64,000 nt of DNA from an uncultured delta proteobacterium (GCA_963785725.1 CAWAWS010000026.1:128001-192000), one strand, 5' to 3'; positions 38,810-53,733 are shown, counted from the stretch's first letter. The notes: a model not told the origin generated them from the letters alone. Numbers and translations: made by a program.

Positions 38810-41800
38810 GTGCAAACCAAGTTGGCAGCGGCGGTGTGGAGCGGCCGCTGGCGGCTCGACCGCTGCGTCGGCACCGGCGCCGACGGCACGACGTGGGCCG
38901 CCACCGATCTGCGCGACGATCGCCCGGTCGCGCTCAAGGTCCTGCACGCGGCGCTCGACGAGGAGGCGCGTGAGCGGCTGCGCTGGGAGTTCGTGCTGCT
39001 CGGCGCCATCGAGCATCCGCATCTGGTGCGCGTCTTCGATCTCGACTGCATCGAGGGCCGGCCGTTCTACACGAGCGAGCTGCTCGACGGAGCCGCGCCA
39101 ACTCGGTTGGCGACGCTGCCGCCGGCCGAGCGGGCGCGCAAGCTCTGTCAGACGTTGGCCGAGGTCGGCAGCGCGCTCGACGCCTTGCATCGCCGCGGGC
39201 TCGTCCATCACGACGTCAAGCCGGCCAACCTGCTCGTCGATGCCGAGGGGCGCACGCGGCTCGGCGACTTGGGGCTGGCCGCGCTGCTCGGCGCCGTCGG
39301 TGGCAGCGGCGGGGCGCGCGGGACGCCGGCCTATCTGGCGCCCGAAGCGTGGCTTCGGCGGCGGCGATGCGCGCGTCGACCTCTATGCGCTGGGCGCGAC
39401 GGCGTACGAGCTGTGGAGCGGGCGCGCCCCGTTCGTCGCCGCTTCCTTGCCGAGCTGTTGGCGCAGACGCAGACGACGCGTCCGCCGCCGCTCGCCGACG
39501 CGCCCGAAGGGTTGGCGCAGCTCGATCGAGCGGCTCTTGGCGCTCGACCCGGCGGCACGCCCGTCGACGGCGCGCGCGGTCGTCGACGAAGCGCGGCGCT
39601 TGGGGGCGCGACTCGACGGTGCGCTCGACGGCGGTCGCGACGCGCCGGTCTTGTGTCGTCCGCTCTTGGCCGGTCGTGAGCGCGAGCTGTCGGCGCTGCG
39701 TTCGGCCTTGGCGACCGCGCGGCTCATCCTCGTCGAAGGCGCGCCCGGCTCCGGTCGCTCACGGCTGATCGACGAGGCGCGGCGCGCGCAGCAGCTCGAC
39801 GACGTGGCCGCGCGGCCGCGCGGCGACGCCGTGGCGGCAGCTCGCCGACGAGGCGCCGGCGCGGCTGTGCGCGCAGCTGGCCGCGACGCCGGCGCGGCTG
39901 CACGTGGCGCGCGTCGACGAGCCGCGCGTCGAGGAGCTGTTGACGATGGTCGCGCACGGCGCCGCCGCGCCGTCGGTCGTGCTGGCCGAAGTCGAGAGCG
40001 GGGCGTTGCCGCAGCTCGACGGTGAAGGTGTCGTTCGCTTGTCGCTCGATCGCCTCGACGAGCCGGCGGTGACGCGGCTCGTGACGTCGATGTTCGGCCG
40101 CGCTGACGACGAGCTGGCGCGTGCCGTCCATCGCGCCAGCGGCGGGCTGCCGCGCATCGCCGTCGCCATCGTGCGCGCGGCCGCCGCCGCCGCCGATGGG
40201 CAGCCGCTGGCCAACCAAGTGGCCAGGTTGGCAGGGCAGGGGCTCGGCGATTTGTTGGCGGCGTCGCTCGCTCGACTGCCGCCCGCGGCGCGCGCGCTCG
40301 TCGACGCTGCCGCCGTCTTGGGCCGCGCCGCATCGCTGCCGGAGGTCGCCGCGCTGGCGCAGGTCTCGGTGGAGGAGGCGTACGCGGCGGCGTTGCAGGC
40401 GCGGGCGGCGGGAGCGCTCGACCTCGACCGCAGCGGCCGCCTGCAGTTTCCGTCGACGGCGCACGCCGAGGCCGCCTATTCCGCGCTCGATCGGCGACGC
40501 CGCCCGGCGCTTCATCGGCGCGCGCTGGCGGACGCCGTCGACGTCGTCGATCGGGCGCGCCACCAGGTCGCGCTCGCCGACGATGACGCCGGCGCCGCGG
40601 CCGTCGTCGCCGGCGACCAGCTGCTCGAGCGCGGTCAGGCGCGCACGGCGCTGCGCCTCCTGGCCGACGCCGAGCGGCTCGGCGCCGACGTCTTGCCGCC
40701 CGCCGCGCAGCTCGTTCGCGCCCGCGCGTTCACGCAAACCGGCGACTACGACGCGGCGCTGTCCGCGCTCACCATCCTGGAACGCGCCCTCGATCGTTCC
40801 GCGGATCGCGTTGGCGATCGTGCCGGCGACGCGCGCTTGCGCCTCGACGCCGCCGTCATCGCGGCTCGCGCGCTGCAGCGGGCCGGCGATCTCGTCGCCG
40901 CCGAGGCGCGCCTGGCGCCCATCCTCGCCGCCGGCGCCATCGCCGGCACGACGCCGCGCAGCCGCGACGAAGTGCGCGGGCTCCTCGGTCGCATCTTGGT
41001 CGCGCGCGGCGCCTACGCCGAAGCCGTCGCCGCCTGCGCCAGCTCCGAGCTGCCGTCGGCTAGCGTCGCCGAAGCGCGCGGCCTCGGCAGCCTCTACCTC
41101 GGTCGCCTCGACGACGCCGACGGCGCCTTCGCCGCCGCCGAGCGCGCCGCCGCCGATGAGCCAACTTCGTTGGCAAGGGCGCGATCGCTGCGCGGCATGG
41201 CCGCTCACGGCCGCGATCGGCTGGCCGAAGCCGCCGCGCTCTATCAGTCGGCGCTCGAGCTCGCCCGTAAAGCCGACGATCTGCATGGCGCCGCCATTTA
41301 CGCCGCCAACCTGGGCGCGGTGTTGCGCGAGCAGGCCGAGTACGAGCGCGCGTTGCCGCCGACCGCCGACGCTGCGCGCGACCTCGGTCGTCTCGGCAAG
41401 CGCGCCGAGCGCGCCTTCGCGCTCTACAATTACGGCAACCTGCTCCTGTCGATCGGCGATCTGGACGGCGCCGAGCAGGCCGCGACCGATGCTGCGGCCT
41501 TGGCGCGCGCCGCCGCCGCCACGCGTGAGCTCGGCTACGCGCAGCTGCTTAGCGGCGATCTGGCGCGCCGCCGCGGCGACCATCGAGCGGCCGTCCTCGC
41601 TTATCGCGCCGGCGCGGCCAGCCTGGCCGGCTCGCCCGCCGCCGACCGCTTGCAAGCCGCGCTCAACGTGGCCGAAGCGCTCGCCGAGAGCGGTGATCCG
41701 GCAGCCGGACGCGCCGCCTTGGCCGACGCTCGGACACTGGCCGCCGCTGCCAACCAAGTTGACAGCTTTCATCCGACCGCCGCGCGGGTGGCGTTGCTCG

Positions 41801-43921
41801 TCGGTGACACCGTCGCCGTCGAGCTGCTGGCCGAGCTGACCCGCCTGCGCGAGCAGGCCGCCGTCAGCTTGCGCCGCGATCTCGCCTTTCGCGCCGATGT
41901 CTTGGCCGCGCGCGCCCACATCCGCGCCGGCAACGGCGCCGCCGCCTACGACTGCCTCATCCGTGCCCGCTCGACCTGGGAGGAGATTCGCATGCGCACG
42001 CCCGAGCTCCGTCGCGAAGCCGCCGACGAAGATCCCGACGCCCGCCGGCTGCGCGAGCTGCTTGCCGCCGCCGCCGATTCGTCGCGCAGCCGGCCCGCGC
42101 CGCCCGCGTCACCGCCACCCGCGCTCGCGGCGACGGCGAGCTCGCCGGCGTTGCCGCTCGTGTCAGCGGCGTCGCTCGTGTCGTCCACGTCCGCGCCATT
42201 CGGTGTGTTAACGCCGACATTACCCATATCGGCGCCGTTCGCGCTCCAGTCATCGCCCTTCGGCGCGCTCGCGCCGTCGCTGTCATCGTCGGCGTCGCTG
42301 CCGCTTTCGCCGTCCGCCGCAGCGTCGTCGCCGTCGCCGCCGGATGCCGCCGCGCTGCGCCGTCTCCTCGGCATCAACAAGCGGCTCAACTCCGAGCAGC
42401 GCTTGCCGGTCCTGCTCGATCTCATCCTCGACACCGTCCTCGACCTCGCCTCGGCGGAGCGCGGCTTCATCCTGCTCACCGACGGCGCCGGCCAGTGGCA
42501 AGTCGAAGCCGCGCGCAACATCGCCGAGGAGCAGCTCGCCGCCGACGGCCCCGGCGGCGCCTTCTCGCGCAGCATCGCCGAGCGGGCCGCGCGCGAAGCC
42601 GTCCCCATCGTCACGCTCGACGCCAGCGGCGATCACCGCTTCGAAGCCGCGCTCTCCGTCTCCGACCTCAAGCTGCGCTCGGTCCTCGCCGTCCCGCTCA
42701 TCGTCAAAGGCACCGTCGTCGGCTGCGTCTACGCCGACCATCGTCTGCGCGCCGGCGCCTTCGGCTACAGCGAGGTCGCGCTCGTCTGCGATCTCGCCGA
42801 GCAGGCCGCCATCGCCGTCGAGAACGCGCGCCTGCACGCCGAAAACGAGCGCCGCCGTAAAGCCATCGACGAGCTCAACCGCGAGCTCGAGCACAAGGTC
42901 GCGTCGCAAGCGCTCGAGCTCGGCGAGCTGCACAAAGAGGTGCGCACGAGCCGCGCCGCGCTCTCGTCACGCTACAACTACGACAACTTGGTTGGCAGGA
43001 CGCCGCGCATGCTCGAGCTCTTTCGGCTGCTCGACCGCGTCACCGAGACGTCGCTGCCGGTCGTCATCTACGGCGAATCCGGCACCGGCAAGGAGCTCGT
43101 CGCCCGCGCCATCCATCACAACGGCCCGCGCCGCGCCCGCGCCTTCGTCACCGAATCGTGCGCCGCCATCCCCGAGACGCTGCTCGAGGCCGCGCTCTTC
43201 GGCCACGTGCGCGGCGCCTTCACCGGCGCCGACGCCGATCGCCGCGGCCTCTTCGAGATCGCCGACCAGGGCACGCTCTTCCTCGACGAAGTGGGCGAGA
43301 TGTCGCCGGCGATGCAGTCGAAGCTCTTGCGCGTGCTGCAACAGGGCGAGTTCCGTCGCGTCGGCGGCGAGAAGACGCACAAAGTCGACGTCCGCCTGCT
43401 CGTCGCCTCCAACCGCGACCTCGGCCGCCTCGTCGAGCAGGGCAAGTTTCGCGAGGATTCGTTCTACCGCCTCAATGTCGTGCGCGTCGGCCTGCCGCCG
43501 CTGCGCGAGCGGCGCGACGACATCCCGCTCCTCGTCGAGCACTTCCTGAAGAAATTCGCCGACGAGAACAAGCGCCCGCCGCGCCGCATCGCCCGCGCCG
43601 CCTTGCACAAGCTCATCGGCTACCGCTGGCCCGGCAACGTGCGCGAGCTCGAGAACGAGGTCGTCCGCGCCGCGTCGCTCGGTGGCGAGACCATCGCCGT
43701 CGACGATTTGTCGCCGCCGGTGGCCGCCGGCGAGCCGGAAGCGGCCGTCGACTCGCCCGACGATCCTCGGCATCAAGCCGCGCGTCGAACGCTTGGAGCG
43801 CACGCTGCTTCGCGAAGCCTTGCAGCGCGCCGACGGCAACCAGACCCAAGCCGCCAAGCTGCTCGGCCTGTCGCGCTTCGGTCTGCAGAAGAAGCTGCGC
43901 CGCTATGGTCTCGAGGCCTGA
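38810..43921 (+). CDS. Ser/Thr kinase - ATPase - TPR - GAF - sigma54 AAA+ - HTH fusion (several frameshifts at about 39350-39850 and 43765)
   Basis: VALK, HHDVKPAN, DLG, GTPAYLAPE; LAGRERELSAL, GAPGSGRSRL; TPRs; GAF (AERGFILL...RSVLAVPL); [39 protein letters not shown] in a shifted frame. Confidence 0.8.
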
Positions 43922-44010
43922 CCGCGCACTCGGTTGCGTGACTTGCCAACTAAGTTGCCAATGCCGCCGATGCGACGCACGTCGTTCGCGGAGTTGCGCG
44001 CGCCGTCGTC

Positions 44011-44026
44011 TGGCGTAACACTTGCT
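44011..44026 (+). promoter_or_regulatory. sigma54 -24/-12 promoter
   Basis: TGGCGTaacacTTGCT; GG(44012-13)-N10-GC(44024-25); TTGCCAA direct repeat at 43943 and 43955 upstream. Confidence 0.7.
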
Positions 44027-44054
44027 CTCGTCTAACTTGCACATGCGCGCGCGA

Positions 44055-44447
44055 ATGACGTCTCGGCTGCGAATCGGCTTCATGGCAACGCTGTTGGCGC
44101 TTGCCGGCGGCCTGGCGTGCAACACGCCGTCGGTGCCGCTGCCGCCGCCCTCGCTCGACGTCATCACCTTCCAGCCGGCGACCGCCAGCGACACCGTCGT
44201 CCTGCAAGGTCTGCCCAAAGCGGCGCACGCCAACGCGCGCTTCTACGTCTTCAACCTGACCCGCAACGAAGGCGTCATCAGCGACGCCGCTGCCGACGGC
44301 AGCTTCACCACCGATCCGTTCCCGGGCGCCAACGGCGACACGGTCGAGATCTACTACGACGCACCCGGTAGCGGCGAGCGCTCGCCCAACGTCTGCGTCA
44401 CCCTGCAGATCGGCGCCGTGCTCATAGGCAGCGACTGCCTGCTCTGA
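44055..44447 (+). CDS. Small lipoprotein with Ig-like fold (hypothetical)
   Basis: Hydrophobic signal ending GGLAC, then NTPSVPLPPP; AAADGSF. Start uncertain (44043, 44055 or 44082). Confidence 0.75.
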   Translation: MTSRLRIGFMATLLALAGGLACNTPSVPLPPPSLDVITFQPATASDTVVLQGLPKAAHANARFYVFNLTRNEGVISDAAADGSFTTDPFPGANGDTVEIYYDAPGSGERSPNVCVTLQIGAVLIGSDCLL

Positions 44448-44584
44448 TTCCGCTGAGTCACTTCGATAACAATTTCGCTATACGCATCAAGTGTCCGCAG
44501 TAATTGCAATTTCTTCTCGACCGTGTGCGTAACACACACTAGCGCACGTTGCTTTGCCCACCTTCCGCTCCTACGGTAGAACCG

Positions 44585-45025
44585 ATGGACACCAGCGGCG
44601 CGTTGGGGTCGAAGACGCGTTCGGGCGCGCATCTGGCGGTTCCTCTCCTGCTCGTCGTCGAAGATACCGAAGAGCTGTATGAGCTCTACTCCGACTTCTT
44701 GGCCGGCGTCGGCTACGCAGTCGAGGGCACGAACAACGGCGTCGAAGCGGTCGAGGAAGCGCGCCAGCTCTTGCCCGATCTGATCCTCATGGATCTGGCG
44801 TTGCCGCGCATGAACGGCTGGGATGCGATCGCGCTCCTCAAATCGCAAGAAGCGACGCGCCACATCCCGATCATCGCGCTCACCGGCCACGTGCAGCCGC
44901 GGTTCGCGCAGCTGGCGCGCAGCGCCGGCGCCGACGTCGTGCTCCTGAAACCGTGCGAGCTGACGCAGCTGCTGGGTGAGATCGAGCGGTTGTTGGGACA
45001 CGCCGCGCCGACGCATCATGCCTAG
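44585..45025 (+). CDS. Single-domain response regulator (DivK/CheY-like)
   Basis: LLVVED, PDLILMDLALPRMNG, IPIIALTG, LLKP. Confidence 0.92.
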   Translation: MDTSGALGSKTRSGAHLAVPLLLVVEDTEELYELYSDFLAGVGYAVEGTNNGVEAVEEARQLLPDLILMDLALPRMNGWDAIALLKSQEATRHIPIIALTGHVQPRFAQLARSAGADVVLLKPCELTQLLGEIERLLGHAAPTHHA

Positions 45026-45077
45026 ATGCGCGGCGGACGTGTAGATCTGCGAAGGAAGGAAGCGAGAAGGGGACGAG

Positions 45078-45926
45078 CTAGCGCGTTTGGCGAGCGTGCG
45101 GCGGCAGCATGAACGTGAGGCCGACGCCGAAGAACAAGTTGTTCTGCGGACCTTCGTCGGCCTTCGTCAGCAAACGATCGCCGTTGACGTCGAGACCACC
45201 CGGGTTCGCGCCGACGACGTAATCGCGCAGCTCGAACTGCAGGCCCAGCCACTCGTTGAAGTAGACGTGCGCGCCGACGCCGAACTGACCGCCGATCTTG
45301 AGACCGGCGAACAACGCGCCGCTCTGCTCGTTCGGATCCGTCGGCAGGCCGGGCGTCTTGCCGTTGGCGCCCGGCGCCGTCTGGCAGCAGCCCTTCTGCA
45401 CGTAGTTGACGAAGCCGACGCCGCCGTTGACGTACAGATCGTAGTTCACGAACAGCGCCGAGAAGAACGCGATCTTGCCGTAGAACGGCGTGATCTGCGC
45501 GTATCCCGAGAAGATGGCGTTGATGCCCATCACGTGCTCGTCGTGAATGCTACGCGTCGGCTGCGGACCGTGATCCGAAGCCATCGGCATGTTGTAGTTG
45601 TAGTTACCCGGGTCGAGCTGCGCCCGCACCTTGTCTTCCAGCGCGGTGTCGGCGTTGAGCAAGTAAGCGCCCTGCACGCCGACCGCGAGCCAGTCGGTCA
45701 GGTGGAACTGAATGTTGATGCCGGGGCCGAAGGCGTGCTTGTAGTCCTGGTTGATCGACGTCACGAACTGCGGCGTCACTTCCAGACGAAGCTTACGCAT
45801 CAGGACGCGGCGCCGAACGGCCGGCTGGCCTTCCAGCGGATTGCGTCGATCGGCGCGCGCCACGGACGGCGCCACCATCGGCAGCGCCAACAGGGCCATG
45901 AGGGGAAGAAGTCGCGTCCGCATCAT
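45078..45926 (-). CDS. Myxobacterial outer-membrane beta-barrel protein (GltA/B-like)
   Basis: GAGGAG RBS; signal peptide; AVRRRVLMRKLRLEVTP, PFYGKIAFF, FELRDY, GLTFMLP. Confidence 0.85.
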   Translation of the reverse strand: MMRTRLLPLMALLALPMVAPSVARADRRNPLEGQPAVRRRVLMRKLRLEVTPQFVTSINQDYKHAFGPGINIQFHLTDWLAVGVQGAYLLNADTALEDKVRAQLDPGNYNYNMPMASDHGPQPTRSIHDEHVMGINAIFSGYAQITPFYGKIAFFSALFVNYDLYVNGGVGFVNYVQKGCCQTAPGANGKTPGLPTDPNEQSGALFAGLKIGGQFGVGAHVYFNEWLGLQFELRDYVVGANPGGLDVNGDRLLTKADEGPQNNLFFGVGLTFMLPPHARQTR

Positions 45927-45934
45927 TCTCCTCA

Positions 45935-46843
45935 TTAGCGCGTGTACTTGTACTCGAAGCCGGTGGGCAGGAACATGCCCACGCCGACTCCGAAGACGAG
46001 GTTTTGGACGAAGGAGCCGACTCCGCCCGGCGGCGGTCCGGTGACCGACGTACGATCGGCCGGCTCGAACTTGTCGACGAACATGTAGTCCTTCAAGTAG
46101 GCGTGGATCGCCAGCCACTTGGTGAGGAACAGGCGCATGCCGATGTCGACGTGCCACTGGATGTCGTAGTTCGTCGCCGTCGTAGCGGCCGGATCGCGCG
46201 CGATCCACTGGGTCTGGATGAGGCCGAGACCGGCCTGCACGTAGCCTTCCCAGTTGACGATCCACTTATCGAACAGCGCGAACTTACCGTAGAAGGGCAC
46301 GTACCCGAAGTTCAGGTCGGCGCTCCACCAGTAGCGGTTCACCGACGGCAGAATGCGATCATCGAGACCACGCAGGAAGTAATCCTGCTGCTGCTGGTCC
46401 TGATAATAGGTGCCTTCGATGCCGATGTTCAGCGTCTCGGACAAGAAGAAGTTCAAGATGCCGCCGAACCCGTGATGGCGATACAGCGGGTTATTGATCG
46501 TCACGTCATACGTGGGGATGAACTCGACGCGGTGGTACTTCAAAATCGTGCGTCGAGGCACCGTGACGATGTCTCGCCAGGAGATCGATCCCAGCTTGCC
46601 CGCCTCGCCCTGTTCGGCGGCTGGCGCGCCTCCAGGCGGATTGGGTTCCGATCCCGGTAGCGAAGGTTCGCTACCTGGCGGACTGGGCTCGCTTCCCGGC
46701 GGCGCTGGCTCGCTGCCGGGCGGAGAGGGTTCGTTGCCTCCGGGGGGCGTTGGCTCTTGCGCATTTCCGGTGCGGTCCATTCCGCACAGGGCTACTGCCG
46801 CGCAGAGGGCGAAAACGCTCACCCGGCAATCGAATCTTCGCAT
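45935..46843 (-). CDS. Myxobacterial outer-membrane beta-barrel protein (GltA/B-like) with N-terminal SEPxPPG repeats
   Basis: GAGGTG RBS; signal peptide; DIVTVPRRTILK, VPFYGKFALF, terminal GVGMFLPTGFEY. Confidence 0.87.
   Translation of the reverse strand: MRRFDCRVSVFALCAAVALCGMDRTGNAQEPTPPGGNEPSPPGSEPAPPGSEPSPPGSEPSLPGSEPNPPGGAPAAEQGEAGKLGSISWRDIVTVPRRTILKYHRVEFIPTYDVTINNPLYRHHGFGGILNFFLSETLNIGIEGTYYQDQQQQDYFLRGLDDRILPSVNRYWWSADLNFGYVPFYGKFALFDKWIVNWEGYVQAGLGLIQTQWIARDPAATTATNYDIQWHVDIGMRLFLTKWLAIHAYLKDYMFVDKFEPADRTSVTGPPPGGVGSFVQNLVFGVGVGMFLPTGFEYKYTR
46631..46756 (-). repeat. Six in-frame heptapeptide repeats, (S/N)EPxPPG, 21-bp period
   Basis: EPTPPGG-NEPSPPG-SEPAPPG-SEPSPPG-SEPSLPG-SEPNPPG; synonymous positions differ between copies. 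Confidence 0.85.
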
Positions 46844-46928
46844 GCTCACCTCGCGTGACACCGGCATTCGATAGCCAAATTTCACTGCAATATCAAGCGC
46901 TTACACCAATTTTGCAAGCGTTTTCGCG

Positions 46929-46958
46929 ACTATATCATGTGGTTTTTTGCACAATCAA
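46929..46958 (-). promoter_or_regulatory. Putative sigma70 promoter for the barrel gene pair
   Basis: Minus strand TTGATT-N18-TATAGT with extended TG, inside an AT-rich intergenic region. Confidence 0.5.
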
Positions 46959-46977
46959 GTAATTCCGCTTCGGCATG

Positions 46978-48084
46978 TCATTCGTAGAGCGCAGCGACGA
47001 ATTCCGCGGGGTCGAACGGACGTAGGTCTTCCACCTTTTCGCCGATGCCGACGAAGCGGACCGGAACGCCCAATTCATCGCTAATGCCGAGAATCACACC
47101 ACCTTTGGCGGTTCCGTCGAGCTTGGTGAGGACGATGCCGGTGATGTCCATCGCCTGCTTGAAGGTCGTCGCCTGGGCGATGGCGTTTTGTCCGTTGGTC
47201 GAGTCGAGCACCAAAAACGTCTCGTGCGGCGCGTCCGGCTGCGCTTTTTTCATCACGCGACGGACCTTCTCGAGCTCGGCCATCAGATTGTCTTTTGTGT
47301 GTAGCCGCCCCGCGGTGTCACAAATAACGACATCGAAACCTTCGTTTTGTGCGCGTTTTACCGCGTCGAACAGCACCGCCGAGGGATCTCCGCCTTCTTT
47401 ACCTTTGACCACCGGGACGCCGGTGCGCTGACCCCAGATCTCCAATTGCTCGGTCGCCGCGGCGCGAAACGTGTCGCCGGCGGCGAGGATCACCTTCTTG
47501 CCTTCGGCGGTCCATTTGGCGGCCAACTTGCCGATAGTCGTCGTCTTTCCGACGCCGTTGACGCCGATGACGAGGAGCACGAAGGGCTTGGCGCGGGCGA
47601 GATCCAACGGTCCGCCCTTGGCTTGCGCGCGATCGAGGATCGCCTCCGATTCCCGACGGATGACGGCCCAAACCGCGTCGGCGTCTTTCAGCTCGTTACG
47701 CGAAAGCGACGATTTCACCGCTTCGAACAGCTTGTGCGACGTGCGCGCGCCGATGTCGGCGGTAAACAAGATCTCTTCCAGCTGATCGACGAGCGCGCTG
47801 TCGATCTGCTTGCGACCGATGAGGCTGCCGATGCGCGCGACGAACCCTCCGCGCGTCTTTTCGAGCCCTTCCTTGAGCGCTTTGCCGCTCGGTTGCGGCT
47901 TCGTTTCGGCTTTGGCCGCCTCTGCTTGCGCGGGAACGAGCTTGAGATCGGGACGCTCGGCCAGCGGCTGCTGGTCGGCGGGCGATTGGACGGCGCCGCG
48001 CCGCTTCGACAGTCGCCAAATGATGAGGAGCGCGACGGTAAAGACGACGGCGAGTGCGACGTAGAGGATCCACGTCTGTTGCAT
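46978..48084 (-). CDS. ftsY: Signal recognition particle receptor FtsY with N-terminal TM anchor
   Basis: [38 protein letters not shown]. Confidence 0.97.
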   Translation of the reverse strand: MQQTWILYVALAVVFTVALLIIWRLSKRRGAVQSPADQQPLAERPDLKLVPAQAEAAKAETKPQPSGKALKEGLEKTRGGFVARIGSLIGRKQIDSALVDQLEEILFTADIGARTSHKLFEAVKSSLSRNELKDADAVWAVIRRESEAILDRAQAKGGPLDLARAKPFVLLVIGVNGVGKTTTIGKLAAKWTAEGKKVILAAGDTFRAAATEQLEIWGQRTGVPVVKGKEGGDPSAVLFDAVKRAQNEGFDVVICDTAGRLHTKDNLMAELEKVRRVMKKAQPDAPHETFLVLDSTNGQNAIAQATTFKQAMDITGIVLTKLDGTAKGGVILGISDELGVPVRFVGIGEKVEDLRPFDPAEFVAALYE

Positions 48085-48111
48085 GGGCGGCGGATAATAG
48101 AGCGAACGTCG

Positions 48112-49800
48112 TCAGCTGTCAGCAAGGAGCTTTGCCAGTCGCTCCGCTTCGGCCAGATCTTCGTGCGACGGCGCGTGCGCGGCCCACACCGCCGACTCGA
48201 CGAGCGCAGTGAGCGCGTGCAGCGGCTCGTTGGGCAGGAGCGCGCGCGCATCGACGTAACGGAGCAGCTCGCGTGGCGTCATGTACGTGTCGTTGGGGCG
48301 CTTCTTCTCCGGCTGCAGCGGTCCGGCGGCGCGGCGCCAGGCGTCGAAGATGCGGACGCGGACGGGCACGAGGCGAATGCGCGCGCCGCGCAGCTCGCCG
48401 CGATGGGGTAGGACGCGGCGGAAGCGCTCGGAGACGTAGCCGGCGGCGGCGATGTCGACGACGAACGGTCCAGGCGGCAGCCCCTCGAGCGCGAAGAAGC
48501 CGTTTTCGTCGACGGTGGCGGCGCGCGCTTCGCCGCTGGCGCTGCGGGCGACGACGCCGGCGATGGCGAGCGGGCGATCGTCGACGGCGTCGACGACGAC
48601 GCCGGTCAGGCCGTGATCGGCGCGGCCGCGCAAGGTCGACAGGATGCTCGGACGGCTCTCGGTCAAGCCGACCGCCGGCGGCGGCGCGGCGGCGCGCTTG
48701 ACGGCGTGACGACGGATGCGCCAGCGCTGCCAGCGCCAATCGCGGCCGGCCAAGAACAGCGCCGCCGCCAACAGCGTCAACAGCGGCGAGACGAGATAGG
48801 GCCACACCGTAATCGGCGGCGCTTCGATGAGCTTCACGGCCAGCGTCGGCGACAGCGCCGGCTCGCGCCAATCGTCGCGGGCATGCAGGCGCGCCTCCAA
48901 GAAGACGTCGCCGGGACGACCGAGCTCGCGGCCGTGCAGCGTCAGCGCGAAGTGGCCGTGCTCGTCGGTGATGACGTTGGCGAGGTCGGGGCCGCCCTCT
49001 TTGCCGATGGCGATGGCGGCGTGGGCGATGTGGCCGCCGTCGTCGGTGGCGAGGCCGTGCAGCCGCAGCGGCTCGTCGGGCGCGACCTGCGCGCGATCGG
49101 ATTCCAAGGTCACGCGGCTCGTCGTCGTCAACAGGATCGTGTGCGTCGCTTCGGCGGCGTTGCGCAGCTCGTCGGCGGCGACCGTGGCGACCAGCGAGAC
49201 GCGCTGGCCCGGCCGACCGAACGGACCGGGCAGGTCGATCTCGGCGCGGCCGTTGTTGAAGTGCGCGTCGCCGTAGGGTTTGCCATCGACGGAGAAGCGC
49301 GCGCTGACGTCTTGCAGCGCGTGCGGCGGGCCGTCGCCCTCGTCCTCGAGCCCTTCGACGACGACGTGCAGCGACTCGGCCGCCGTCTCCAGCCGCTCGG
49401 GCGCGTGCAAGACCAGCGTCGGCGTACGGCGCGCGACGTCGATGAGCCGGTCGATCGGCGGCGAGGCCAAGTCGTCGTCGTCGCCGCTGGCGGCGATGTG
49501 CAGCCGATAGCTGCCGAGCGGCAACGGCACGTGCCAGCGGAACGCGCCATCGGGACCGGTCGGCTCGGCGTAGTGATAGAAGCCGTGGTCGCCCTCGATC
49601 GAGATGGCGACGGTGCGGCCAGGCACCGGCTCTTCGGAGGCGTCGTCGCGCAGCTGGCCGCGCACGATGAGCCCGCCGGCCACGCGCTCGATGGCGTCGA
49701 TGTCGACTCGCAGCCGGGCGCGCACGTGCAGCACCGGCTCTTCCGCCGCGACCGAACCGGACACGAGCAAGCCCAATAATAGAGGAGCCAGGCGCCTCAC
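48112..49800 (-). CDS. Membrane-anchored Ig-like/carboxypeptidase-regulatory-like domain protein with DUF4129-like tail
   Basis: Signal peptide, beta-rich repeats, one TM helix, GVVVDAVDDRPL...GFFALEGLPPG, C-terminal TPRELL...LTALVESAVW. Confidence 0.7.
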   Translation of the reverse strand: MRRLAPLLLGLLVSGSVAAEEPVLHVRARLRVDIDAIERVAGGLIVRGQLRDDASEEPVPGRTVAISIEGDHGFYHYAEPTGPDGAFRWHVPLPLGSYRLHIAASGDDDDLASPPIDRLIDVARRTPTLVLHAPERLETAAESLHVVVEGLEDEGDGPPHALQDVSARFSVDGKPYGDAHFNNGRAEIDLPGPFGRPGQRVSLVATVAADELRNAAEATHTILLTTTSRVTLESDRAQVAPDEPLRLHGLATDDGGHIAHAAIAIGKEGGPDLANVITDEHGHFALTLHGRELGRPGDVFLEARLHARDDWREPALSPTLAVKLIEAPPITVWPYLVSPLLTLLAAALFLAGRDWRWQRWRIRRHAVKRAAAPPPAVGLTESRPSILSTLRGRADHGLTGVVVDAVDDRPLAIAGVVARSASGEARAATVDENGFFALEGLPPGPFVVDIAAAGYVSERFRRVLPHRGELRGARIRLVPVRVRIFDAWRRAAGPLQPEKKRPNDTYMTPRELLRYVDARALLPNEPLHALTALVESAVWAAHAPSHEDLAEAERLAKLLADS

Positions 49801-50014
49801 GCCGCCAGCATAGCCCCATTTTGCAGCTTGCAGATCTCGGGCGACAAAAACTTCAGCGCGGGCGGGATCTACATCTGGCGAGATCTACACGGAAAAGTTG
49901 GTCGAAAAGTTGCGCGGCCGAAGGGCGCCGGATAGCGTCGTTGATCTCAATGTAAAGCTCGTGGTAGCTTGCCTTTTGAAGTGACACTACGTTGCATTAC
50001 ATGAGCGAGGCTGC

Positions 50015-53602
<3,588 letters not shown>

Positions 53603-53628
53603 TCAGCGTCGCCGTAGGCAGATCCACG

Positions 53629-53665
53629 AAGCGCGCGCCGGAACATCGGCGCGCGCTTTGTTTTT
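53629..53665 (+). terminator. Intrinsic terminator of smc
   Basis: AAGCGCGCGCCG-gaacat-CGGCGCGCGCTT followed by TGTTTTT. Confidence 0.8.
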
Positions 53666-53697
53666 GCGGCGCACGCGCGCGGACGGCGGCTGGCGCA

Positions 53698-53733
53698 CAA
53701 ACGAAAACGCGCGCTCGGCGAACCGGCGCGCGT
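53698..53733 (-). terminator. Intrinsic terminator of the ferredoxin gene
   Basis: Minus strand ACGCGCGCCGG-ttcg-CCGAGCGCGCGT followed by TTTCGTTT. Confidence 0.75.

Noticed and set aside
49866..49891. CTACA repeats as a myxobacterial LexA box
   Set aside because: The GTTCAG half-site of the M. xanthus LexA consensus is absent.
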